From positions 33,731 through 97,730 of the forward strand of contig CAZYLV010000003.1 of NCBI GenBank assembly GCA_964648865.1: DNA of 64,000 bases. Reading direction: 5' to 3'. The notes below the pieces were generated by a model. It was given only the letters and a program-made list of their open reading frames with translations. It made no database searches and had not been told where the DNA came from. Of this stretch, positions 49,450 through 57,572 are shown piece by piece. The first letter of the stretch is position 1; each line of letters starts with the position of its first letter. This stretch comes from an uncultured Gammaproteobacteria bacterium (GTDB lineage Bacteria; Patescibacteriota; Patescibacteriia; 2-12-FULL-57-11). The translations under genes and the position numbers were made by a program.

Positions 49450-49483
49450 CTCAGAAAAAAGAGGGGCGCGCAGGCGGCCCCTT

Positions 49484-49963
49484 TCATCGGCCGTCGACCT
49501 GGCCGAGCAGCTTGCGGTATCGCCGCAGCAGGTTGATGGTCGTGTACCGGAAGTCTCCGGTCAGCTCTTCCGCCGCCCAGGGCGGGATCTCCAAGGTCTC
49601 ATCCCCGGCCACCTCCACGAAGCCGAGCGCCAGGCCGCAGTCGGGCTTGGTGATGCGGTCGACCGTCCAGACGCGTCCCCGGCCTTCACGGAGGTCCGTC
49701 TCGGCGCGGCTGACGACGATGTGGAACGTGTCCTCCCGCTTCTCGATGGCGCCGCGGATCGTCTCCACGGACCACTCGATGCTGCGGATCTCCTCGTCGC
49801 CCTCGTAGATGCGGACCAGGCCCGTAGGCCGGGTCCAGTCGTACTCGGCCGTCGTGTCCTCCGAGAACAACGCGAAGGTGATGATCTCTTGCGCCGCCAG
49901 GGTCGTGTCGATCCGCCCTGGGAGCACGCGGAAGACCCGGAATGTCCTTTGGGTTTCGTCCAT
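49484..49963 (-). CDS. hypothetical protein (159 aa)
   Basis: Internal Met with a strong SD (GGGAGGAAGG). No family recognised. Confidence 0.5.
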   Translation of the reverse strand: MDETQRTFRVFRVLPGRIDTTLAAQEIITFALFSEDTTAEYDWTRPTGLVRIYEGDEEIRSIEWSVETIRGAIEKREDTFHIVVSRAETDLREGRGRVWTVDRITKPDCGLALGFVEVAGDETLEIPPWAAEELTGDFRYTTINLLRRYRKLLGQVDGR

Positions 49964-50023
49964 GCTTCCTTCCTCCCAGGAAGAAAAGACCCTACCAGCG
50001 GATACGCATGTCGTCAACCCTGG

Positions 50024-50692
50024 TTACGCGAGGCGCGCCGCGATCCAGTCGGCGATTTCCTCGAGGAAATCGGGGTATGCCTCGAACATGCGCGTGCCAT
50101 GGCCGGCGTCCGCGAATCGCTTGACGTCCGTCCGCGCGAGCGAACGTTCCGCCAGCTTCTCCACCGCCGGACCGGAGATCTCGTCATCGGAACTGCTCGC
50201 CAGATACACGTGCCTATCACGTGTCAACGACTGGATGAGCGGCATGGTCGCGACGTCGCGGTAATTCAGGCCCGGGGACAGCGCGACGATGCCAGGCACC
50301 TCGGCATGCGCCGCGCCGTACTGGATCGCAAGGTTCGCGCCGATCGATGCGCCGACCAACACCAGCCGCGTGGTCGTGGCGCCATAGGCACGCTCCAGGA
50401 AAGCGACGGCCGCCTCGATATCCTTGATCTTCGCCTGATGTTCCGGATGCGTGAACGTCTGATAATCGAGCGTGCGCCCGTCCTTGGTGCGGCGGCTGCC
50501 TCCATGGCCGCGGAAGTCGATGGCCAGTGAGGAGACGCCGCGCGCCGCGAGCGCCTCCTGAAGGGGACCGTACGATTCCTTCGTGGCCGGCATCATGTGC
50601 AGCAACAGGGCCCAACGGCTCCCGTCCCCGACCTCGCGCACCAGGCCGTGGATGTCGACGCCGTCTTCCGTGGAAAACGAGACAGGTTTCAT
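50024..50692 (-). CDS. alpha/beta-hydrolase fold protein (dienelactone hydrolase/S9-like)
   Basis: 222 aa. Nucleophile elbow GASIG and an oxyanion HMMP region. Confidence 0.75.
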   Translation of the reverse strand: MKPVSFSTEDGVDIHGLVREVGDGSRWALLLHMMPATKESYGPLQEALAARGVSSLAIDFRGHGGSRRTKDGRTLDYQTFTHPEHQAKIKDIEAAVAFLERAYGATTTRLVLVGASIGANLAIQYGAAHAEVPGIVALSPGLNYRDVATMPLIQSLTRDRHVYLASSSDDEISGPAVEKLAERSLARTDVKRFADAGHGTRMFEAYPDFLEEIADWIAARLA

Positions 50693-50709
50693 AACGAGAC
50701 AGGTTTCAT
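50676..50709. repeat. Perfect 17-bp tandem direct repeat (AACGAGACAGGTTTCAT x2) spanning the hydrolase start codon
   Basis: On the minus strand this gives two ATGAAACCTGTCTCG copies. The upstream copy is out of frame and terminates after 6 codons. Confidence 0.8.
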
Positions 50710-50730
50710 GGCGACGGGACAGGATGCATC

Positions 50731-52938
50731 TCACTCCACAGGTTCGGCGGGCGTCGACGTGGCACCCTGCAGACGGTCGATACGCGCGCGCAGCTCGCGG
50801 TTGTCCGGAGCCAGGGCGGCGGCGGCCTCGTACCAGCGCTGCGCGGCCGCGTTCTCCCCTTTCTGCTCCAACAGCTCGGCGATGCGGATGAGCGGCGTGG
50901 GATCCCCGCCGAGGAGCTGCGCGGCGCGGCGGGCAAGCGTCTCGGCCGCGGCCAGGTCGCCGTCCGCGCCCCGGCCGGTGAGCACGCCGGCGAGCAGGGT
51001 GAGCGGCGCGGCGTCGAGCGGCGCGGCCCGCACGCCGTCCTCGGCTGCGGCCACGGCCTCGTCCGTGCGGCCGGTCTCGATGAGCAGGGCCACGAGCCGC
51101 GCCCGTGCCGGGAAGACGGCCGGCGCCAGACCGACCGCCGCGCGGTAGGCCTCCTCCGCGCCGGCGGCGTCGCCGCGCAGGGAGCGCAGGTCGCCGAGGG
51201 CGATGGGGAACGTGGGGTTGGCGGGTTCCGCGGCGCGGGCGGCGGCGATCCAGGCGTCGAGCTCCGGGACGTCGCGGCCGGCGCGCACGGCCTGCATGCC
51301 GACGGTCACGGCGGCCTCGAGCAACGAGGCGCGGCCGGAGGACGCCGCCAGCCGGGCGCGGACAAGCGCCGCATCCAACGCGACGGTCGGGTCTTCCGCG
51401 GCGGCGGCGCGCTCCAGGGCGACCAGCGCGCCGACGGCATGGATCTCCGGCGGCGGGGTCCGGCCGAGCGCGGCGGCGTAGGCGGCTTCGGCATCGTCCG
51501 GCGTCCGCGACCGCAGGACGGCACCGAAGGCCCGGCCCGCGACGCAGGACCAGACGGTCGCGGCCAGGGCGATGGCCGCCAGCACGAGCAGCGCGGTACC
51601 GGTCCAGCCGAGCAGCAAGGCACGACGCCCGTCCTCGGTCTTCGCGGGCTTCTCCGTCTCAGGACGCGCACCGAGCAGCCAACCGACGCCGAGGGCGGAC
51701 ACGAACAGCCCGGCGGGGGGCACCATGCTCCAGGCGGCAGCGGCGACCAACGCGACGACGAGCGCGGCCATGCCGGCCGCCGCAAGACCGACATCGTCCG
51801 CGGGCGCGGTACGGCGGGCGAAGGCGCGCCGCACGCCACGCGCCGCCGGCACGGCCGCCGAGGTGCGGACCACGGAGACCAGCGACACGCCGACGAGCAC
51901 GAGGGACGCCGCGAGTCCCGCCAGGCCGAGGTCGTACAGCCATTGCAGGAGCACGTTCGGCGCCACCGGGAACCGCACGTTCCAGATGGCCGGACCGTTG
52001 AGCGATGCGGGCCGGACGCGGCCGAAGGCGTCGAGGAAGGTCCCCGGGCCGCTGCCGAAGACGGCGGCGAGCGGATCCTGACGCCAGAGGCCGGGGGCGG
52101 CGGCGAGCACGTCCATGGGGCGCAGATCCACCTCCGCCGGAACCGTGGCGACCAGCGGCGCAGGGAGACGCACCACGGCGAGCAGCAACGACACCGCGGC
52201 CAGCGCGAAGACGGCATTCGCCCCCGGCCGCCAGAGTCCGCCGAAGCGGCGCAACGCGGCGGCGAGCAGGACCACCAGCCCCAGGCACAGCACGCCCCAG
52301 ACGAGGCCGCGGTCCACGCGCACCAGGACGGCCAGGTGCAGCAGCGCCGACGCGACCCAGAGGGCGCGGGACGCGGGGGGCTGGCCGGCGCGGACGAGCG
52401 CGGCGGCGGCGATCACGATCGCCGGGAGGGAAAGCAGCGCGGCATGCGTCGGGACGGCCGCGGCGAAGGACAGCACGTCGCCGGAGGGCAGCGGCCACGA
52501 CGGGAAGAAGGTATGCAGCAGGAGCGACGCCTGGTGGAGACTCAGCGACGCGACGATCCCGACCGGGAGCGTGCGCCGTGCCGCAGGGACGCCGGCCGCC
52601 GGGACGGCCGCGGCCAGGGCGAGCAGCAGTGAGCCGGAGGCCGTCCAGAACACCGGACGGCCCCAGAACGCGGCCAGGACATCGCCCGAACGCAGGACCG
52701 AGACGAGCGTCACCAGAACGAAGGCGCCCAAGGCCGCTGCGGCGATCCGCGACGGTGGCCGCGCGGCGACGACCGGCAGGGCGCCCCACAGCGCGAGCAG
52801 GGACAACGTCAGGACGGCTGCGGCGCGCGCGGCGCCGATGTCGGCGGAGCCGGGGCCTACCCAGAACAACGCGGCGGCCAGTGCCGACAGGAGGAAGACG
52901 CCGGGCAGGTGCGGACGCGCGTCGGACAGGCGTTTCAT
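50731..52938 (-). CDS. Wzy_C (O-antigen ligase / O-oligosaccharyltransferase-like) polytopic membrane domain fused to a long C-terminal TPR array (735 aa)
   Basis: Internal Met of track ORF 50731..53481. About 10-12 TM helices containing the ..AVFGSGPGTFLDAF.. Wzy_C-type loop. The last ~300 aa are Ala-rich TPR-like repeats (..AEEAYRAAVGLAP.. ..AQRWYEAAAALAP..). Confidence 0.7.
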   Translation of the reverse strand: MKRLSDARPHLPGVFLLSALAAALFWVGPGSADIGAARAAAVLTLSLLALWGALPVVAARPPSRIAAAALGAFVLVTLVSVLRSGDVLAAFWGRPVFWTASGSLLLALAAAVPAAGVPAARRTLPVGIVASLSLHQASLLLHTFFPSWPLPSGDVLSFAAAVPTHAALLSLPAIVIAAAALVRAGQPPASRALWVASALLHLAVLVRVDRGLVWGVLCLGLVVLLAAALRRFGGLWRPGANAVFALAAVSLLLAVVRLPAPLVATVPAEVDLRPMDVLAAAPGLWRQDPLAAVFGSGPGTFLDAFGRVRPASLNGPAIWNVRFPVAPNVLLQWLYDLGLAGLAASLVLVGVSLVSVVRTSAAVPAARGVRRAFARRTAPADDVGLAAAGMAALVVALVAAAAWSMVPPAGLFVSALGVGWLLGARPETEKPAKTEDGRRALLLGWTGTALLVLAAIALAATVWSCVAGRAFGAVLRSRTPDDAEAAYAAALGRTPPPEIHAVGALVALERAAAAEDPTVALDAALVRARLAASSGRASLLEAAVTVGMQAVRAGRDVPELDAWIAAARAAEPANPTFPIALGDLRSLRGDAAGAEEAYRAAVGLAPAVFPARARLVALLIETGRTDEAVAAAEDGVRAAPLDAAPLTLLAGVLTGRGADGDLAAAETLARRAAQLLGGDPTPLIRIAELLEQKGENAAAQRWYEAAAALAPDNRELRARIDRLQGATSTPAEPVE

Positions 52939-53384
52939 GGGCGGCTGAGGTTCTCGGAAATCAGGGACTCGATGTCGTCGACCCAACGGGCGTCGCCCGG
53001 CGTCGGCTCCTCGTCTTGCCGAGGAGCGGCCGGGGGGAGTGCCCGCGCATCGGACCGCGGCAGGGATGGCCGTGCGAAGGCACCGCGGATGAAGGCGGCC
53101 GCGGCGCGGTCGGCGGCGTCGGCGACCTCGATGCTGCCGAGCGCCACTCTCCCCCACCACAACGCCGCCGTCTCGGAGACGCGGAAGGCGAACTCGTCCC
53201 AGGCGGCGACGCCTCGGGTGAGTGCGCTGCGCGCATCGGCCAGCGGGTGCCAGCGGGAGACGGTCTGGACCGCGCGCCACGGCGCGGCCGCCACGTCGAT
53301 GCGCAGGTCCTCGAAGCCGCGCGCCGCGACAGGTGCGGGCAGGAGCACGGCGGCAAGCAGTACGGCGACGACGACCCCCCTCAT
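52935..53384 (-). CDS. small secreted protein (149 aa, signal peptide MRGVVVAVLLAAVLLPAPVAARG)
   Basis: Internal Met of track ORF 52935..53867. Its ATG overlaps the upstream ATPase stop (ATGA) and its stop overlaps the next gene's start by 4 nt. Confidence 0.5.
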   Translation of the reverse strand: MRGVVVAVLLAAVLLPAPVAARGFEDLRIDVAAAPWRAVQTVSRWHPLADARSALTRGVAAWDEFAFRVSETAALWWGRVALGSIEVADAADRAAAAFIRGAFARPSLPRSDARALPPAAPRQDEEPTPGDARWVDDIESLISENLSRP

Positions 53385-55150
53385 GGCTGCGGCGGTCCGT
53401 CGAATTCGACCACTTCGCCCGGCGCCGGGCGGCCGCTCTTGGCCGAGAACGGCACCGGCTCCTGCTCCTTGAGCGCGGCAAGCGGCGCCGGCGGCTGCGC
53501 GGCCTCCTCGACGCGCTTGCGCTCGTCCTTGACGATCTTGAAGCAGTCGTCGCAGTAGTACGGGCGGCTGGGGTCCGGCTGGAAGGTCAGCTGGAGCTTC
53601 TTGCCGCAGCGTGCGCATGTGGCGTCGTGGAGCTTCTTGGCTTGCTTCGCCGGGGCGGGCGCCGACTTCTCGCCAGCGGGCGCCGGCTGGGGCGCGGGCG
53701 CTGCGGGCCTCGGGGCAGGCCGGGCAGGCGACGCGCTGCGGGGCGGCATCCGCCGCGCGGGAGCGGCGGATGCGGCACGCGGCGCCGGTCGCGGCGCGGC
53801 GCCCGTACGCGCGGGGGACGCGGCCGGCGTGCTGACGAAGGTCTCCCCGCCCGCCAGCCCGGACCACTGCAGGATCTTCTCCTCGATGACGGCGCGCGGC
53901 GTGGCGTAGCGCTCCCGCGACACCTTGATGACCTTGTCCGTGCTGCCGGTGCGGACGTTGATGGGCGGCAGCGTATTGGCGGAGAAGATCTCCGAGGCCA
54001 CGCCGTCGATCATCAGTTTGACGTAGACCTCGAACTTGGTGAGGTTGACAAGGTCCTCCGGCAGGAAACGCGGCGCCACCTCCTGCTCCAGGAACAGGGC
54101 GTCCGAGGCGCCGACGCGGAAGAAGACCATCGTGCCGACGTTGCCGAAGACGGCCGGCCGCACGTAGTCCTCGTCGAGCTGCTCGATGTACTGGTGGGCG
54201 ATGACCAGGTTGAGCCGGTACTTGCGCGCCTCGGAGAGGATGTTGGCGAAGCTGGCCGTGGCGAAGTTCTGGAACTCGTCGACGTACAGGTAGAAGTCGC
54301 GGCGGTCCTCCTCCGGCATGTCGACGCGCTCCATGGCGGCGAGCTGCAGCTTGGTGATGAGCATGCCGCCGAGCAGGCGCGAGGAGTCCTCGCCGATGCG
54401 GCCTTTGGCCAGGTTGATGATTAGGATCTTGCCCTCGTCCATGACCTGCCGCATGTCGATGGTCGACTTCACCTGGGCCACGATGTTGCGGATGATGGTC
54501 GCCGCCAGGAACTGTCCGACCTTGTTCTGGATCGGGGCGATGGCCTCGTTGCGGAAGCGGTCCTCCCAGCGCGCGTACTCGTCCTGCCAGAAGGCCTTGA
54601 CCACCGGATCCCTGACCACCGCGAGCACGCGCTTGCGGAACTCCTTGTCCACGAGGATGCGGTTGATGCCGAGCAACGTCGAGCCGGGGTACTCGAGCAG
54701 CGTCAGGATGCAGTTGTTGAGGATGTGCTCCATCCGCGGGCTCCAGACGTCGGGCCAGATCTTCTTGAAGACGCCCATCAGGCCCTGGGCCGCGAGCGGC
54801 CGGGTGCGCTCGTCCACGGCCTCGAGCACGTTGAAGCCGATCGGGAAGTCGAGGTCGGCCGGGTTGAAGTAGACGACGTCGTTGATGCGGTGCGCCGGGA
54901 TGAAATCCAGGAGCTTCTCGGCGGTGTCGCCGTGCGGGTCGACGTAGGCCACGCCATGCCCCGCGGCGATGTCGTTGAGGATCATGTTCTCGAGCAGGGT
55001 CGTCTTGCCCATGCCCGTCTTGCCGAGCACGTAGACGTGCCGGCGGCGGTCGTCGGTCTTGATGCCGAACTTCCGCCGGGCGTTGCGGAAGTTGGTCTCG
55101 GCGAAGAAGTTGATCTCGCTGTCGTGGTCGTGGTCGTACTGCAGCGCCAT
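53381..55150 (-). CDS. type IV secretion coupling-protein-like ATPase (VirD4/TraG/TraD family, soluble) with a Pro/Ala-rich linker and C-terminal C4 zinc ribbon
   Basis: 589 aa. Walker A LGKTGMGKTTL and Walker B LYVDEFQNF. A T4CP C-terminal signature (..IAHQY.. ..FGNVGTMVFFRVG..). A C-terminal zinc ribbon CARCGKK...CDDC. No N-terminal TM helices. Confidence 0.75.
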   Translation of the reverse strand: MALQYDHDHDSEINFFAETNFRNARRKFGIKTDDRRRHVYVLGKTGMGKTTLLENMILNDIAAGHGVAYVDPHGDTAEKLLDFIPAHRINDVVYFNPADLDFPIGFNVLEAVDERTRPLAAQGLMGVFKKIWPDVWSPRMEHILNNCILTLLEYPGSTLLGINRILVDKEFRKRVLAVVRDPVVKAFWQDEYARWEDRFRNEAIAPIQNKVGQFLAATIIRNIVAQVKSTIDMRQVMDEGKILIINLAKGRIGEDSSRLLGGMLITKLQLAAMERVDMPEEDRRDFYLYVDEFQNFATASFANILSEARKYRLNLVIAHQYIEQLDEDYVRPAVFGNVGTMVFFRVGASDALFLEQEVAPRFLPEDLVNLTKFEVYVKLMIDGVASEIFSANTLPPINVRTGSTDKVIKVSRERYATPRAVIEEKILQWSGLAGGETFVSTPAASPARTGAAPRPAPRAASAAPARRMPPRSASPARPAPRPAAPAPQPAPAGEKSAPAPAKQAKKLHDATCARCGKKLQLTFQPDPSRPYYCDDCFKIVKDERKRVEEAAQPPAPLAALKEQEPVPFSAKSGRPAPGEVVEFDGPPQP

Positions 55151-55153
55151 ACG

Positions 55154-56635
55154 CTAGACCGGAAGGTTCTCGGGCGGCGCGCCGGTGCCGGCCTGGGAGG
55201 GCGCCGGCTGCTGCTTGGGGCGGATCGGCGGGGCCGCGGGCTCCACGGGCAGACGCAGCGGCGGCTCGGCGCGCTTGGACTCGGCCTTCTTGACGGTCGG
55301 GGTCTTCACCAGGAGCGACGGGAAGTGCCAGAGCGACGCCAGCTCCTCGGTCGACAGGATGTAGGGCGTGGCGCCGCGGAAGTTATGCCGGTACTTGTAC
55401 GCCCAGAAGATGGACTTGATGCGCTCGTTGGTCGTCTTGTAGAACGTGCCGGACAGGTAGAAGAAGATCGGATTGAGCTGCCAGAAGTAATCGTACTTGG
55501 TGGTCACCGGGCCGTAGAAGCCGAGCTTGTTGAGGTTGAGGGTGGTGAACTGCTGCAGCGCGCCGCGCACGAAGGAGATGATCGTGCCGGTGCGGAAGTT
55601 CTTCTTGGGGGCGATGTAGATGAAGCGGATCTTGGTCTTGAGCCCGATCTTGGAGAGCTTCTGCTCGACGCGCTCCACGACGAACCGCTCGCCCGGGGAG
55701 AGGTGCAGCATCTGGGAGCGCGGCTCCTCCTTCTTCTGCTGCGGTTTGGCCGGCTCGCCGCCGATCAGCCCGGAGACGCCGATGTCCAGCGCTTGGAGCG
55801 GCAGGTCCATGGCCTTGTCGAGCGCCGTCACCTTGGGCGCGACCTTGGCGCCGATGAGCTTCTTGACCAAGGTCTCGCCGGCGTCCTTCCAGTCCTGGCT
55901 GCAGGTCGTCACCAGGATCTGCAGCCAGACCTGCTCGCCCGCGCCCAGCTTGGCCAAGCCCTCGAGCAGACCGGCCATGGGATCCTTGAACTCGCCCGAG
56001 ATGGGATCGCTGAAATCGAGGTAGGTCTTGATGGGGTAGAACTCCGGCTTGCTCGGCACGAACTCCGAGCCGAAGAAACCCCACTCCTTGTTCGGCCAGG
56101 GCCACTGCTGCGGCACGTTGAGCACGTAGTCCTCGACCTCGGTGATCTCCGCCTCGGGATACTGCGCGTAGATGGTGGCCTCGACGAGGTCGCGGTACTT
56201 CTCCCAGACGCGCACCAGGAACTGCACGTACCCTTCGATGGAGACGATCTCGAAGCTGAAGACGGGCGGCATCTTGCCGTCCCAGAACCGCTCCTTGCGC
56301 GTGAAGCTGGAGTGCGCGCCGAGGAGTTGGGCGAAGATGTTCTCGACGGCCTTGGGTGTCTGCTCCGTGGACTTGGGCACGTCGACCGCCAAGAGCACCG
56401 GGTTGACCGAGTTGATGAACAGGAACTGGCGCTCGTTGATCCAGATCCACCAGAAACCGCGCAGGAAGACGATGAGTACGGGGATCCAGCCGCCGGCGCG
56501 GAACAGCTCCCACATGACGATCACCGGATGCTGGGCGCCGAGCCAGTCGATATACGCCAGAAAGGCACCGACGTCGATGGAGATCATCGGCATATGCGCA
56601 ACCAGTATAACACAGGAAAGACAAAGGAGGGGCAT
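55154..56635 (-). CDS. membrane protein (493 aa): N-terminal TM helices plus a large soluble domain; partner of the T4CP-like ATPase
   Basis: Track ORF. A hydrophobic N-terminus (..WIPVLIVFLRGFWWIWI..). No family recognised. Separated from the ATPase gene by 3 nt. Confidence 0.6.
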   Translation of the reverse strand: MPLLCLSCVILVAHMPMISIDVGAFLAYIDWLGAQHPVIVMWELFRAGGWIPVLIVFLRGFWWIWINERQFLFINSVNPVLLAVDVPKSTEQTPKAVENIFAQLLGAHSSFTRKERFWDGKMPPVFSFEIVSIEGYVQFLVRVWEKYRDLVEATIYAQYPEAEITEVEDYVLNVPQQWPWPNKEWGFFGSEFVPSKPEFYPIKTYLDFSDPISGEFKDPMAGLLEGLAKLGAGEQVWLQILVTTCSQDWKDAGETLVKKLIGAKVAPKVTALDKAMDLPLQALDIGVSGLIGGEPAKPQQKKEEPRSQMLHLSPGERFVVERVEQKLSKIGLKTKIRFIYIAPKKNFRTGTIISFVRGALQQFTTLNLNKLGFYGPVTTKYDYFWQLNPIFFYLSGTFYKTTNERIKSIFWAYKYRHNFRGATPYILSTEELASLWHFPSLLVKTPTVKKAESKRAEPPLRLPVEPAAPPIRPKQQPAPSQAGTGAPPENLPV

Positions 56636-56665
56636 GGTCCGCCATGCCCCTCCCGGTATGGATGC

Positions 56666-57562
56666 CTAGCGTCTGGCGGACCAGCGCTGCCAGGTCACGA
56701 GCAGCGGTGACGCCAGGAACATGGAGGAATAAGTGCCGACGCTGATGCCGATGATGAGCGCCAGGACGAACATCCGGGTGGACGCGCCGCCGAAGAGCGC
56801 CACGGCGGCCAGGACCAGCAGGGTCGTGAGCGAGGTGTTGAGCGAGCGGACGAAGGTCTGCCGCACGGAATCGGCGACCACCTGCTCGAAGTCGCCGGCA
56901 CCGCGGCGCCGCAGGTTCTCCCGGACGCGGTCGAAGACCACGATGGTGTCATGGACCGAGAAGCCGAGCACGGTCAGCAGCGCCGTGACGAAGAGCACGT
57001 CGACCTCGACCCCGGCGAAGGTCCCCAGCGCGGCGAAGACGCCGGTCGGGATGAGGACGTCGTGGATGAGCGCGACGATGGCCACGAGGCCGTACTTCCA
57101 GGAGGCCACCGGCTTGGAGACGTGGCGGAAGACGAAGGCGATGTACAGCACGATGGCGAGCACCACCAGCGCGATGGCACGCAGCGAGCGGCCGCGCAGC
57201 TCCGAGCCCACCGACGGTCCCACGGTCTGGTAGGACAGCTCGGCGACGGCGGCCTCGTCTTCGCCGCGCAGCGCCGCGAGCAGCGCCTTGCGGCTGGCGT
57301 CGTCCGTGGCCTGGTAGCGCAGGTTGGCCTCGCGCTCCCCCACCGGCTGCACCAGCACCGTGCCGATGCCCGCGCCGGCGGCCGCGGCCTCGATCTCCTG
57401 CACCGCAGGGCGGCCGTGCGCGAACTCCACCTGCAGCAGCGAGCCGCCGGTGAAGTCGATGCCCAAGCGCAGCCCCCAGACGCCGATCGCCAGGAGCGAC
57501 GCGGCCACCAGGATGCCGGAGATGGCGTACCAGAGCTTCCTCAATCGGATGATGTTCGGCAT
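56666..57562 (-). CDS. secF: protein translocase subunit SecF
   Basis: 298 aa. Motif ..GIDFTGGSLLQVEF.. and six TM helices. Confidence 0.93.
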   Translation of the reverse strand: MPNIIRLRKLWYAISGILVAASLLAIGVWGLRLGIDFTGGSLLQVEFAHGRPAVQEIEAAAAGAGIGTVLVQPVGEREANLRYQATDDASRKALLAALRGEDEAAVAELSYQTVGPSVGSELRGRSLRAIALVVLAIVLYIAFVFRHVSKPVASWKYGLVAIVALIHDVLIPTGVFAALGTFAGVEVDVLFVTALLTVLGFSVHDTIVVFDRVRENLRRRGAGDFEQVVADSVRQTFVRSLNTSLTTLLVLAAVALFGGASTRMFVLALIIGISVGTYSSMFLASPLLVTWQRWSARR

Positions 57563-57572
57563 AGGGATGGCG

